NCBI GenBank assembly: GCA_903895725.1
Contig: CAITUV010000048.1
Span: forward strand, 8,474-72,473
Origin: an uncultured Myxococcales bacterium
Lineage (GTDB): Bacteria > Myxococcota_A > UBA9042 > CAIXZC01
Direction of reading: 5' to 3'
DNA length: 64,000 nt
Shown: positions 38,611 to 47,528 of the stretch, one piece after another
How the letters are laid out: each line of letters opens with the position of its first letter
How positions within the stretch are numbered: the stretch's first letter is position 1
Made by a program: the position numbers and the translations under genes
Notes under the pieces: generated by a model
Database searches by the model: none
What the model saw: the letters and a program-made list of their open reading frames with translations, nothing else
Told to the model about the DNA's origin: nothing

Positions 38611-39486
38611 ATGGGACCGACCGCGCAATCTGATACCATTCACCTTGCCATCCCGAAGGGGCGCATGCAGGCGGGGGTTGTGAAACTGCTGGAGGATGCC
38701 GGAATCGAGGTTCGGGGAATCTCCAGCCGAGGGTACCGGCCCAGCATCTCGCTGCCCGGGTTCTCGGTGAAGCTCCTCAAGCCCCAGAATATCGTGGAGA
38801 TGCTGCACATGGGGACCCGCGACGTGGGGTTTGCCGCTGCCGACTGGGTCGCGGAGCTCGAGGCCGACGTGGTTGAGCTCCTGGATACCGGGCTCGATCC
38901 GGTCCGCATCGTGGCAGCGGCGCCTCCGGACCTCGTGAACCAGGGGGTGGAGAAGGGCATTCGCGTGATTGCGTCGGAATACGAGCAGCTCACGCGTACG
39001 TGGATGGCGGGGCGCGGACTGAGTGCCACGCTCGTCCGCTCTTACGGAGCTACCGAGGTCTTTCCGCCCGAGGATGCCGATGCCATCGTCGACAACACCG
39101 CAAGCGGTGATACGCTGCGGGCCAACAACCTGGTGATCTTCGACGAGCTGATGAAGTCGAGCACCCGGCTGTATGCGAGCCGCAAGGCGACGTTGAATCC
39201 CACCAAGAAAGAGGCCCTCGACCGACTGGTCCTGCTGCTCCGGTCCGTGCTCGAGGCCCGTCGGCGGGTCATGGTGGAAGTCAACGTGAGCGAGGAGTGC
39301 CTCGAAGCCGTGATTGCGGTGCTGCCGTGCATGCGGGAGCCGACCATCTCGACCCTTCGGGGGGAGGGCGGATACGCGGTGAAGGCGGCCGTGCCCAGGG
39401 AGTTGCTGGCCACCGTGATTCCGGAGATCCGAGCTCGGGGCGGGACGGATATCGTGGTCAGCACGCTGGCTCAGCTCGTGGCCTGA
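38611..39486 (+). CDS. hisG: ATP phosphoribosyltransferase (long form)
   Basis: RBS GAAGGAGG before ATG 38611. 'IHLAIPKGRMQAGVVKLLEDAGIEV'. C-terminal regulatory domain present. Confidence 0.9.
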   Translation: MGPTAQSDTIHLAIPKGRMQAGVVKLLEDAGIEVRGISSRGYRPSISLPGFSVKLLKPQNIVEMLHMGTRDVGFAAADWVAELEADVVELLDTGLDPVRIVAAAPPDLVNQGVEKGIRVIASEYEQLTRTWMAGRGLSATLVRSYGATEVFPPEDADAIVDNTASGDTLRANNLVIFDELMKSSTRLYASRKATLNPTKKEALDRLVLLLRSVLEARRRVMVEVNVSEECLEAVIAVLPCMREPTISTLRGEGGYAVKAAVPRELLATVIPEIRARGGTDIVVSTLAQLVA

Positions 39487-39495
39487 GGTGGGGGA

Positions 39496-41220
39496 ATGGT
39501 CGAGCGCTCCAAAGGGTTGAGGCCACGGCTTCCGGGACTGGCCGCCGGTTCGTATCGCCCGCCGTTTCGGGCACCGCACGTGAGCCTCGTGCTGGACGGT
39601 AACGAGGGGCAGGCACCGCCGATCGACCTGGGGCAACTCCTGGCCGGGGCCGGACCCGAGGCCGTGCGACGGTACCCCAACGCTCGGAGGCTCGAGGAGC
39701 TGCTGGCTTTGCGTCACGGGCTTCGCCCCGAGAACGTGCTGGCCACCGCAGGGGCGGACGATGCTCTGGACCGTTGCCTCCGGGCCTACGCCGGTCCGGG
39801 AAACCCCGTGGTTGCCGCCCGGCCGACCTTCGAAATGGTGGTGCGCTACGCCCGGCTTGCTCGTGCCGAGGTACGCGAGGTGCCCTGGACCGATGGCCCG
39901 TTCCCCCGGGAGGGGTTCATCCGGGCGGCCGGCCGCGATGCGGGCGTGCTTGCCGTCGTGACGCCGAACAACCCGACCGGGCTGGTAGCCTCGGCATCGG
40001 ACCTGAGCGCACTGTCGGCGGCGGTTCCTGAGGCCCTGCTTCTCGTGGACCTCGCGTACGGTGATTTTGCGGACGAGGACCTGACGGCTGCGGCATTGGC
40101 CCTACCCAATGCCGTGGTGTTGCGCTCGTTCTCCAAGGCTGGTGGGCTGGCTGGGCTCAGGAGCGGCTATGCTCTTGGCCCGGAGGAGGTCATCGGGGTG
40201 CTGCGGGCAGCGGGCCAGCCCTACGCATTGTCCATGCCGGCCATCCGGGTGACCGAGGCCCTGCTTGGCCTCGGGAATTCGGATCCCACGGGGTACGTTT
40301 CCGCCGCCCGGGCCGAGCGGGTCAGACTGAACGAGGTGACCGCCGAGCTGGGGTTGAGTCCGCTCCCATCCCAGGCCAACTTCGTCTGCTGCATCACGCC
40401 CCGTGCCCGCAGGATACACGCCGGCCTGATGTCTCTGGGGATCTCGGTTCGTCACTTTGCCGGCCGGGAAGGCATGGAGAGCTACCTGCGCATCACCTGT
40501 CCCGGACGTGAGCAGGATATGGATAGACTGGAGGCCGCCCTCCGGACCGTCGTCACTCCGGAGGCTCTGCTGTTCGACATGGACGGCGTGCTGGCCGACG
40601 TATCCGGCAGCTACCACGAGGCGATTGTGGCTGCCGCCGCATCGTTCGGAATCACGGTGGATTCCGCCATGATTCGCGAGGCAAAGCAGCAGCCCGGAGC
40701 GAACAATGATTGGGTCGTGACGCAGCGCCTGCTCGCTGCCCAGGGATGCCAGGTCACTCTCGACGAGGCCAAGGACCGTTTCGAGGCCGCGTACCAGGGG
40801 ACTTTCGATGCCCCGGGGCTGTGGACGCGTGAGACCTTGCTGCCCCGCATGGAACTGCTCGTCGAGCTGTCGAAGCGGATGCCACTGGGAATCGTCACGG
40901 GTCGGCCGCGTTACGACGCAGAACGGTTCCTCGAGCGAACGGGAATCGGGTCGCTCTTTGCGACCGTTGTGTGCATGGAGGATGCTCCGCTGAAGCCAGA
41001 TCCGGCCCCCGTTCGACTGGCCTTGAGCCGGCTGGGAGTGAGTCGGGCCTGGCTCGTCGGGGACACACCGGACGACCTCGTCGCCGCCCGAGGCGCGGGG
41101 GTGCTGCCTCTTGCCGTGCTGCCTCCGGCTGCAAAACCCGGAATCCGGGAGCGACTGGCTGCAGCCGGGGCTGCCGAGGTGATGGAATCGCTTGAACCCT
41201 TGATGGAGATGATCGCATGA
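39496..41220 (+). CDS. hisC: Histidinol-phosphate aminotransferase fused to a C-terminal HAD-superfamily phosphatase (putative histidinol-phosphatase)
   Basis: N-terminal half is a class I/II aminotransferase ('VTPNNPTG', PLP-Lys 'SFSKAGGLAGLRSGY'). C-terminal approximately 210 aa is a HAD domain ('LLFDMDGVLAD', 'GDTPDD'). One uninterrupted 574-codon ORF. Confidence 0.85.
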   Translation: MVERSKGLRPRLPGLAAGSYRPPFRAPHVSLVLDGNEGQAPPIDLGQLLAGAGPEAVRRYPNARRLEELLALRHGLRPENVLATAGADDALDRCLRAYAGPGNPVVAARPTFEMVVRYARLARAEVREVPWTDGPFPREGFIRAAGRDAGVLAVVTPNNPTGLVASASDLSALSAAVPEALLLVDLAYGDFADEDLTAAALALPNAVVLRSFSKAGGLAGLRSGYALGPEEVIGVLRAAGQPYALSMPAIRVTEALLGLGNSDPTGYVSAARAERVRLNEVTAELGLSPLPSQANFVCCITPRARRIHAGLMSLGISVRHFAGREGMESYLRITCPGREQDMDRLEAALRTVVTPEALLFDMDGVLADVSGSYHEAIVAAAASFGITVDSAMIREAKQQPGANNDWVVTQRLLAAQGCQVTLDEAKDRFEAAYQGTFDAPGLWTRETLLPRMELLVELSKRMPLGIVTGRPRYDAERFLERTGIGSLFATVVCMEDAPLKPDPAPVRLALSRLGVSRAWLVGDTPDDLVAARGAGVLPLAVLPPAAKPGIRERLAAAGAAEVMESLEPLMEMIA

Positions 41221-41804
41221 GCCGACCGCCTGTCACGCTGCGACGAAGGACACTGGAGACGGATGTGCAGGTCACCCTGGGCCTGGACGGAACGGGCCGG
41301 GCCGAAGTTTCGAGCGGCCTGGGTTTCCTGGATCACCTGCTCACGTCTCTGGCACGCCACGCACATTTCGACCTGTCGCTGACCTGCGCCGGGGATTTGA
41401 AGGTGGATGATCACCACTCGGTGGAGGATTGCGGCCTGGCATTGGGGCAGGCTCTGGACCAGGCGCTCGGCGAGCGGAAGGGAATTGTGCGCTTCGGACA
41501 CGCCTACGCCCCCCTGGACGAGGCCTTGTGCCGGGCCGTCGTGGACCTTTCGGGGCGATCGTACGCTGCCATTGACCTGAGCCTGCAACGCCCGAGCATC
41601 GGGGATGTGGCCGCCGAGAACGTGGGGCATTTCTTCCACTCCCTGGCCATGGCATCCCGAAGCTGCTTCCACCTGTCCGTGATTGCCGGGACGAACGACC
41701 ACCACCGCGCCGAGGCAGCCGCCAAGGCGCTTGCTCTGGCCCTTCGGCAGGCCGTCGGACTGGACGGGGGTACTGAGACACCGAGCACCAAGGGAGTGCT
41801 CTGA
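41217..41804 (+). CDS. hisB: Imidazoleglycerol-phosphate dehydratase (monofunctional)
   Basis: 'LDHLLTSLARHAHFDL...HHSVEDCGLALGQAL'. 195 aa, no phosphatase domain. ATGA overlap with hisC. Confidence 0.9.
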   Translation: MSRPPVTLRRRTLETDVQVTLGLDGTGRAEVSSGLGFLDHLLTSLARHAHFDLSLTCAGDLKVDDHHSVEDCGLALGQALDQALGERKGIVRFGHAYAPLDEALCRAVVDLSGRSYAAIDLSLQRPSIGDVAAENVGHFFHSLAMASRSCFHLSVIAGTNDHHRAEAAAKALALALRQAVGLDGGTETPSTKGVL

Positions 41805-42418
41805 TGGGGCTCAGGACCGTGGTGGTCGCGACGGGGACGGCCAACCTTGCGTCGGTGTTGGCCGGATTGCGGCGTGCGGGGGCAGACCCGGTGCTGGCCT
41901 CCGCTCCCTCCGAGGTCAGGGACGCTGCCGCCGTCGTGCTTCCTGGAGTAGGGGCATTGGCCGCCGCCATGCGGACGCTCGAAGCCGACGGGATGGTCGA
42001 GCCTCTACGCGAAAGGCTGCGAGCCGGGGGGCCCACGTTGTGCGTCTGTCTGGGGCTGCAGCTTCTCGCTGACGGATCCGAGGAGAGTCCCGGCGTTGCT
42101 GCACTGCGTGTCGTACGAGGGATGGCCCTGCGGTATCCCGAAACAGTTCGGGTCCCCCAGATGGGGTGGAACCGCGTCGAGCCGGATGGCGGTTGCAGCC
42201 TGCTCGCACCGGGGTGGGCATACTTTGCCAATTCCTTTCGGCTGGTCGAGGCCCCGGACGGCTGGTCCGTGGCCTGGAGCGATCACGCAGGCCCGTTCGT
42301 GGCGGCCATGGAGCGAGGTCCGGTGCTTGCCTGCCAGTTCCACCCGGAGCTTTCTGGCGAGCTGGGCAAGGCCTTGCTGAGCAGGTGGGTCGACAGGGCG
42401 GCCCGGGGAGGTGCATGA
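41804..42418 (+). CDS. hisH: Imidazole glycerol phosphate synthase, glutaminase subunit
   Basis: '[10 protein letters not shown]' catalytic Cys. 'FHPE' motif. Confidence 0.9.
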   Translation: MGLRTVVVATGTANLASVLAGLRRAGADPVLASAPSEVRDAAAVVLPGVGALAAAMRTLEADGMVEPLRERLRAGGPTLCVCLGLQLLADGSEESPGVAALRVVRGMALRYPETVRVPQMGWNRVEPDGGCSLLAPGWAYFANSFRLVEAPDGWSVAWSDHAGPFVAAMERGPVLACQFHPELSGELGKALLSRWVDRAARGGA

Positions 42419-43176
42419 TGCTTGCCGCTCGAATCATCCCGTGCCTGGACGTACGTGATGGACGGGTGGTCAAAGGGATCCGGTTCCAGGGTCTGCGGGA
42501 TGCCGGCGATCCGGTCGCCCTGGCTGCCGAGTACGAAGCGCAGGGAGCCGACGAGCTCATCCTGCTGGATGTCTCGGCGACACCCGAAGGCCGGGGGGCC
42601 GCTCTGGACACCGTGGCTCGCGTCCGGAGCCAGCTTTCCATCCCCCTTTGCGTGGGAGGCGGAGTCCGGCAGGTCAGCGATGCCAGAGACCTGCTGTCGG
42701 CCGGTGCGGACAAGGTCGGTACGAACACAGCGGCCGTCGAGCGGCCGGAGCTCCTTTCCGAGCTGGCGGAGCGGTTTGGGCGTCAATGCACGATCCTCGC
42801 CATCGATGCTGCAAGGCGTGCGGAAGGGGACGGCTGGGAGATCGTCGTGCTGTCGGGGCGGCGGCGCACCGGGATCGACGCTGTCGAGTGGGCCCGCAAG
42901 GCGGTGTCCCTCGGGGCCGGCGAGATTCTGCTGACGGGGTGGGACAGGGACGGAACGAGGCTCGGCTACGACCTGGAGCTCGTGCGCGCAGTGAGCCAGG
43001 CCGTGCCGGTCCCCGTCATTGCGTCGGGGGGGGCAAGCACTCCCGAGCACCTGCTCGAAGGGCTGAGGGCGGGAGCCTCCGCCGTCCTGGCCGCTTCCAT
43101 CTTCCACTACGGGGAAACGACGGTGGCCTCGCTCAAGGATTTCCTGGCTGCCCGAAACATCGAGGTTCGGCGATGA
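42415..43176 (+). CDS. hisF: Imidazole glycerol phosphate synthase, cyclase subunit
   Basis: '[17 protein letters not shown]...'. (beta/alpha)8 HisF signature. ATGA overlap with hisH. Confidence 0.9.
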   Translation: MMLAARIIPCLDVRDGRVVKGIRFQGLRDAGDPVALAAEYEAQGADELILLDVSATPEGRGAALDTVARVRSQLSIPLCVGGGVRQVSDARDLLSAGADKVGTNTAAVERPELLSELAERFGRQCTILAIDAARRAEGDGWEIVVLSGRRRTGIDAVEWARKAVSLGAGEILLTGWDRDGTRLGYDLELVRAVSQAVPVPVIASGGASTPEHLLEGLRAGASAVLAASIFHYGETTVASLKDFLAARNIEVRR

Positions 43177-44447
43177 TCGTTCCATCCATCGACCTGGCCG
43201 GCGGAAGGACCGTGCAGCTCGTCGGCGGTCGTGATTTTGCACTCGAGGCCGGGGACCCTCGCCCCATTGCCGAACGGTTTGGCGTGGTGGGGGAAGTTGC
43301 AGTCATCGATCTCGATGCGGCCCTGGGGAAGGGAAGCAACGCCGGGCTCATCGAGGACGTGTGTCGCATCGCACGATGCCGCGTCGGAGGGGGAATCCGG
43401 AGCTTGGAGGTCGCCCGCAAATGGCTGGACAGCGGGGCCGAGAAGATCATCCTCGGCACGGCCGCAACTCCCGAGCTGCTGCGGGAGCTGCCACGGGAGC
43501 GCCTGATTGCGGCCCTCGATGCCCGAGACGGAGAGGTCGTGGTCGAGGGCTGGACCCGGGGAACCGGGGCCCGCATCCTGGAACGGATCGAAGCGCTGGC
43601 TCCCTATGTGAGCGGCTTCCTGGTCACGTTCGTCGAGCTGGAGGGGCGGCTGGGCGGGACGGCCATGGACCGGGTGCAGGCCATCGTGCGGGCCGCCGGG
43701 AAGGCCCGTGTCACGATCGCCGGAGGAATCACGACGGCCGAGGAAGTTGCCGAGCTCGACCGACTCGGTGCGGATGCCCAGGTCGGAATGGCCCTGTACA
43801 CCGGTCGCCTGACATTGGCCGACGCGTTCATGGCACCACTGACTTCGGACAGGCCCGACGGGCTCTTTGCTACGGTCGTGTGCGATCCGCGGGGCGGGGC
43901 TCTGGGGCTAGCATGGTCGAGTCGGGAGAGCCTGGCCAACGCGATCGAGACCCGCCGGGGAGTGTACCATTCCCGGCGGCGGGGGGTGTGGGTGAAAGGG
44001 GAGTCCTCGGGGGCCGTGCAGCGTCTGTTGGAAATCGCCCCCGACTGCGACCGGGATGCCTTGCGGTTCACGGTGGTCCAGGCACCTCCAGGCTTCTGCC
44101 ACGAGGAGCGGTGGTCCTGCTTCGGGCCCGAACGGGGCCTCGACCGGCTCGCGGCCACGCTGCGTGAGCGCCTGTCGTCGGCTCCGGCCGGGTCCTATTC
44201 GGCTCGGTTGTTCTCGGACCCGCAGCTCCTCAAGGCGAAGCTGATCGAGGAAGCGGGGGAGCTTGCCGAAGCCTCCGACCCGGCCCACGTCGGGGAAGAG
44301 GCGGCCGACCTCCTGTTCTTCGCTCTGGCAGCCATGTCGCGGGCAGGGATTGGGGTTGCAGACGTGGAGAAGATCCTCGATCGCCGGGCCCTGAAGGTCA
44401 GCCGACGGCGAGGGGATGCCAAGCCTCGGCCTGACGACGCTGGCTGA
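43173..44447 (+). CDS. hisA: Trifunctional HisA-HisI-HisE fusion (ProFAR isomerase + PR-AMP cyclohydrolase + PR-ATP pyrophosphatase)
   Basis: N-terminal '[19 protein letters not shown]' (HisA). Middle '[17 protein letters not shown]...[12 protein letters not shown]' (HisI). C-terminal '[11 protein letters not shown]...[14 protein letters not shown]' (HisE). A single 424-codon ORF. ATGA overlap with the hisF stop. Confidence 0.85.
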   Translation: MIVPSIDLAGGRTVQLVGGRDFALEAGDPRPIAERFGVVGEVAVIDLDAALGKGSNAGLIEDVCRIARCRVGGGIRSLEVARKWLDSGAEKIILGTAATPELLRELPRERLIAALDARDGEVVVEGWTRGTGARILERIEALAPYVSGFLVTFVELEGRLGGTAMDRVQAIVRAAGKARVTIAGGITTAEEVAELDRLGADAQVGMALYTGRLTLADAFMAPLTSDRPDGLFATVVCDPRGGALGLAWSSRESLANAIETRRGVYHSRRRGVWVKGESSGAVQRLLEIAPDCDRDALRFTVVQAPPGFCHEERWSCFGPERGLDRLAATLRERLSSAPAGSYSARLFSDPQLLKAKLIEEAGELAEASDPAHVGEEAADLLFFALAAMSRAGIGVADVEKILDRRALKVSRRRGDAKPRPDDAG

Positions 44448-44466
44448 GCTCAGGGACGCGTGATGG

Positions 44467-44496
44467 GGGCCGGACGAGAGCGTTCCGGTCCGGCCC
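44467..44496 (+). terminator. Strong intra-operon hairpin GGGCCGGAC-(12)-GTCCGGCCC followed by 'GCTTTG', between hisAIE and hisD.
   Basis: Perfect 9-bp GC-rich stem. It may be a partial terminator, an attenuator or an mRNA-stability element. Confidence 0.3.
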
Positions 44497-44527
44497 GGCT
44501 TTGAAGTAGTCATCGGGAGGCAGGTAC

Positions 44528-45799
44528 ATGAGCGGCTCGGTGCTGCGCAGGGTAGGGGCTGGCGAGGTCGAAGCGCTTCGAAGAAATGCCGTGGATCCGC
44601 GGGCGCTTGCCATTGCCTCCGAGATCGTGTTGAGGGTGGAGCGTGGTGGGTTCGAAGCCGCCGTTCTCGAGGCTCGCCGCCTTGGGGACCTCCCGGACGG
44701 TGCTCCGCCGATCCTCGATGCCGCCGCCTGCAGGGCCGCACTGCTGGCGCTGCCAGGGGAGCAGCGCTCTCTCCTGGAACGAACCGCCTCTAGGATCCGG
44801 GAGTTTGCGTCAGCGCAGCGCAGAGCGTTGATTTCCATGTCCGTGAGCGTGCCGGGCGGTACCGCCGGACACGAGGCCGTTCCGGTCGAGACCGCAGGCT
44901 GCTACGCACCGGGGGGGCGGTTTCCGCTGCCTTCGTCGGTGCTGATGACCGCAGTGACCGCACGGGTCGCCGGGGTGGAGAAGGTGTGGGTGGCTTCCCC
45001 GAAGCCGACTGCCGTCACGATGGCCGCGTGCGCCGTGGCGCAGGCCGACGGGCTCGTGACGTTCGGAGGGGCTCAGGCCGTCGCCCTGCTGGCTCTCGGC
45101 GGCGGCCCCGTGCCCCGCTGCGACGTGATCGTGGGTCCGGGAAACGCGTACGTGACCGCCGCCAAGTACCTGGTTTCCGCCTATGCGGGAATCGACATGC
45201 TGGCAGGACCTTCGGAGCTGGTCGTGGTGGCCGACGGGAGTGCCCGGCCTGACGTGATCGCGATGGATCTGTTGGCCCAGGCCGAGCACGATCCGGATGC
45301 CCTGCCGGTGCTGGTTGTGTTCGATGAGCGGGTTGCCATGGAAGTCGAGCGGGCATTGGCCGAGGCCCTTGCGGAGCTCGACACTCGGGAGACTGCATCG
45401 GCCTCCATCGCCAGGGGGTTCTGGGTGCTGGCCGACTCGATGGAGCAGGCTGCCTCCGTCTGCAATGCTCTGGCACCGGAGCATCTGCAGCTCTCCATGG
45501 CGGATCCGGCGGGCCTCCGATCCCTGTTGCGTCACTACGGGGCGCTCTTCCTGGGGGACGGTGCCTGCGAAGTCCTGGGGGACTACGGCATCGGGCCCAA
45601 TCATGTGCTGCCGACAGGCGGCGCCGCCCGACGCTCCGGAGGGCTGTCGGTGTTCAGCTTTCTGAGGCTGCGAACCTGGTTGCGGGTGGAAGATTCTCTT
45701 GCCGCGGACCCGGTGCTGGCGGACGCAGAGGCATTGGCGAAGCTGGAGGGGCTGTCGGCGCACTCGTTGGCGGCTTGGCTCAGGCGGCTCCCGAGCTGA
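44528..45799 (+). CDS. hisD: Histidinol dehydrogenase
   Basis: RBS GGGAGG. 'DMLAGPSELVVVAD...QAEHDP...GPNHVLPT'. Confidence 0.9.
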   Translation: MSGSVLRRVGAGEVEALRRNAVDPRALAIASEIVLRVERGGFEAAVLEARRLGDLPDGAPPILDAAACRAALLALPGEQRSLLERTASRIREFASAQRRALISMSVSVPGGTAGHEAVPVETAGCYAPGGRFPLPSSVLMTAVTARVAGVEKVWVASPKPTAVTMAACAVAQADGLVTFGGAQAVALLALGGGPVPRCDVIVGPGNAYVTAAKYLVSAYAGIDMLAGPSELVVVADGSARPDVIAMDLLAQAEHDPDALPVLVVFDERVAMEVERALAEALAELDTRETASASIARGFWVLADSMEQAASVCNALAPEHLQLSMADPAGLRSLLRHYGALFLGDGACEVLGDYGIGPNHVLPTGGAARRSGGLSVFSFLRLRTWLRVEDSLAADPVLADAEALAKLEGLSAHSLAAWLRRLPS

Positions 45800-45816
45800 A
45801 GGTGCGCAAGCCGACC

Positions 45817-45834
45817 GCCGGAAGGGGCCCCGGC
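45817..45834. terminator. Short GC hairpin (GCCGG-aaggggcc-CCGGC, containing a GGGGCCCC palindrome) between the convergent hisD and purH stops. Candidate bidirectional terminator.
   Basis: Read from the sequence. Only a 5-bp stem. Confidence 0.2.
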
Positions 45835-45835
45835 C

Positions 45836-47428
45836 TCAGTGACTGAAGTGCCTGGTGCCAATGAAGACCATGCGAATGTCCAGCTCGTCACAGCGGCGGA
45901 TCACTGCCTTGTCCCGGATGGACCCCCCGGGCTGGAACACGTTGCGAACCCCGGCCATGGCACATTGCTCGATGCTGTCCGCGAACGGGAAGAACCCGTC
46001 GGATACGAGGTAGGATTCCGAGAGTCGGGCAGACACGTAGGCCTCATCCCCTTCTCGTCGGAGGTTTTCGGCGGCCTTGCCCAGCGCCAGCTTCGTGGAA
46101 TCCACCCGGTTGGGCTGACCGCACCCCATTCCCAGGAGCTGGCACACTCCGTCAGGTCGTCGGCGGACCAGGGCGATGGCGTTGGAGCGGAGCTGACGGG
46201 CCGCGATGACGCCGAAGGCCAGCAGCTCCTCGTCCAGGGAATCGAGCCGGGCTCGAGTCACCAGCTCCAAGCGTTCCCAGAGCACCGAGTCCGTCTGCTG
46301 GGCGAGCAGCGCTCCATGGAGATGCCTTCGCACGGTGGGCGCCCGCAGGGAGGCACAGTCGAACCGCACGATCCTCAAGGATTCGAGCCCTCTGAGCCAG
46401 GCAGCGGCATCCGGAGTGAAATCGGGTGCGCAGACCACTTCGACGAGCCGCCGCTGCGACTTGTCCGGCGAGTCGAGACGGAAAGCCGCAACGCACTCCC
46501 GGTCCACCGGACGGTTCCATGCCACGATTCCCCCGAACGCCGAGAGCGGGTCACCGTCCCAGGCAGCGGCGAGAAGAGACGAGGCGCTTCGTCCCATGGC
46601 CAGGCCGCACGGGTTCTGGTGCTTGACCACGGCACATCCGGGGGCCGGAAGATCCTTGACCGCGTCAAGCGCTGCCTGGAGATCGGTCATGTTGTTGTAG
46701 GACAGAGGTTTGCCTCCGAGAAGCTCGATGTCGGCCACCGAGGTGGCCGCGTTCCGCTCCCGGAAGAGCCATGCCTCCTGGTGCGCATTCTCGCCGTACC
46801 GAAGCGTGCTCCCCCGCTCGAAGGACAGACGGAGGGAACGCACGCCATGACGCGCGTCAAATGCTGAGGCAATGCTCGCGTCATAGTCGGCTACTCGGTG
46901 GAAGGCTTCGAGCATGAGCCGGTCCCGCGTGCGGCGAGACAGGGCACCTCCGGACGAGTCCAGCTCCGAGGCCAACGGCGCATACTGGGCGGGGGACGTG
47001 GCAACCGCAACGAACTCGTGGTTCTTGGCCGCGGCCCGCACCATCATCGGGCCCCCGATGTCGACCTGCTCGACCAGCGCAGCCAGATCGTCTCCCCGTG
47101 CCGCCGCCGCCTCGAACGGGTAGAAGTTGCAGACCACGAGGTCGATGGGCAGAACGCCGAGCGCCGTTGCCTCCTCCGCGTCCCGCTCCCGGTGGAAGAG
47201 GAGGGATGCGGCCAGGGCAAATGAGAGGCTCTTCATTCGGCCCCCGAAGGCCTCTGAGTGGCCCGTGAGCGCACCGATGTCCGCCACCGGGTACCCGGCA
47301 CTGCGTAGATGGCGGGCCGTCCCTCCGGTCGAGAAGAGCTCGCACCCATGGCGCACCAGCACCTCCGCCAGCTCGAGGAGGCCCGACTTGTCCCAGACAC
47401 TGATCAAGGCTCGACGGATCTTCATCAT
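45836..47428 (-). CDS. purH: Bifunctional AICAR transformylase / IMP cyclohydrolase
   Basis: 'MMKIRRALISVWDKSGLLELAEVL...' MGS-like N-terminus. 'GGIVAWNRPVD', 'SDGFFPFADSIE' AICARFT motifs. Confidence 0.9.
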   Translation of the reverse strand: MMKIRRALISVWDKSGLLELAEVLVRHGCELFSTGGTARHLRSAGYPVADIGALTGHSEAFGGRMKSLSFALAASLLFHRERDAEEATALGVLPIDLVVCNFYPFEAAAARGDDLAALVEQVDIGGPMMVRAAAKNHEFVAVATSPAQYAPLASELDSSGGALSRRTRDRLMLEAFHRVADYDASIASAFDARHGVRSLRLSFERGSTLRYGENAHQEAWLFRERNAATSVADIELLGGKPLSYNNMTDLQAALDAVKDLPAPGCAVVKHQNPCGLAMGRSASSLLAAAWDGDPLSAFGGIVAWNRPVDRECVAAFRLDSPDKSQRRLVEVVCAPDFTPDAAAWLRGLESLRIVRFDCASLRAPTVRRHLHGALLAQQTDSVLWERLELVTRARLDSLDEELLAFGVIAARQLRSNAIALVRRRPDGVCQLLGMGCGQPNRVDSTKLALGKAAENLRREGDEAYVSARLSESYLVSDGFFPFADSIEQCAMAGVRNVFQPGGSIRDKAVIRRCDELDIRMVFIGTRHFSH

Positions 47429-47489
47429 GGTCGCAGATTAACTCCAGGAGCAGGAAACTTCAAGGTCACACGGGGGCGAGACGTGGTCC

Positions 47490-47508
47490 GCCACGGGGAG
47501 GCCGTGGC
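47490..47508 (-). terminator. Hairpin GCCACGG-ggagg-CCGTGGC between the lipoprotein gene and purH (minus strand).
   Basis: Perfect 7-bp stem. Confidence 0.2.
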
Positions 47509-47528
47509 CCGAAACGAGCAGCAGGCGA

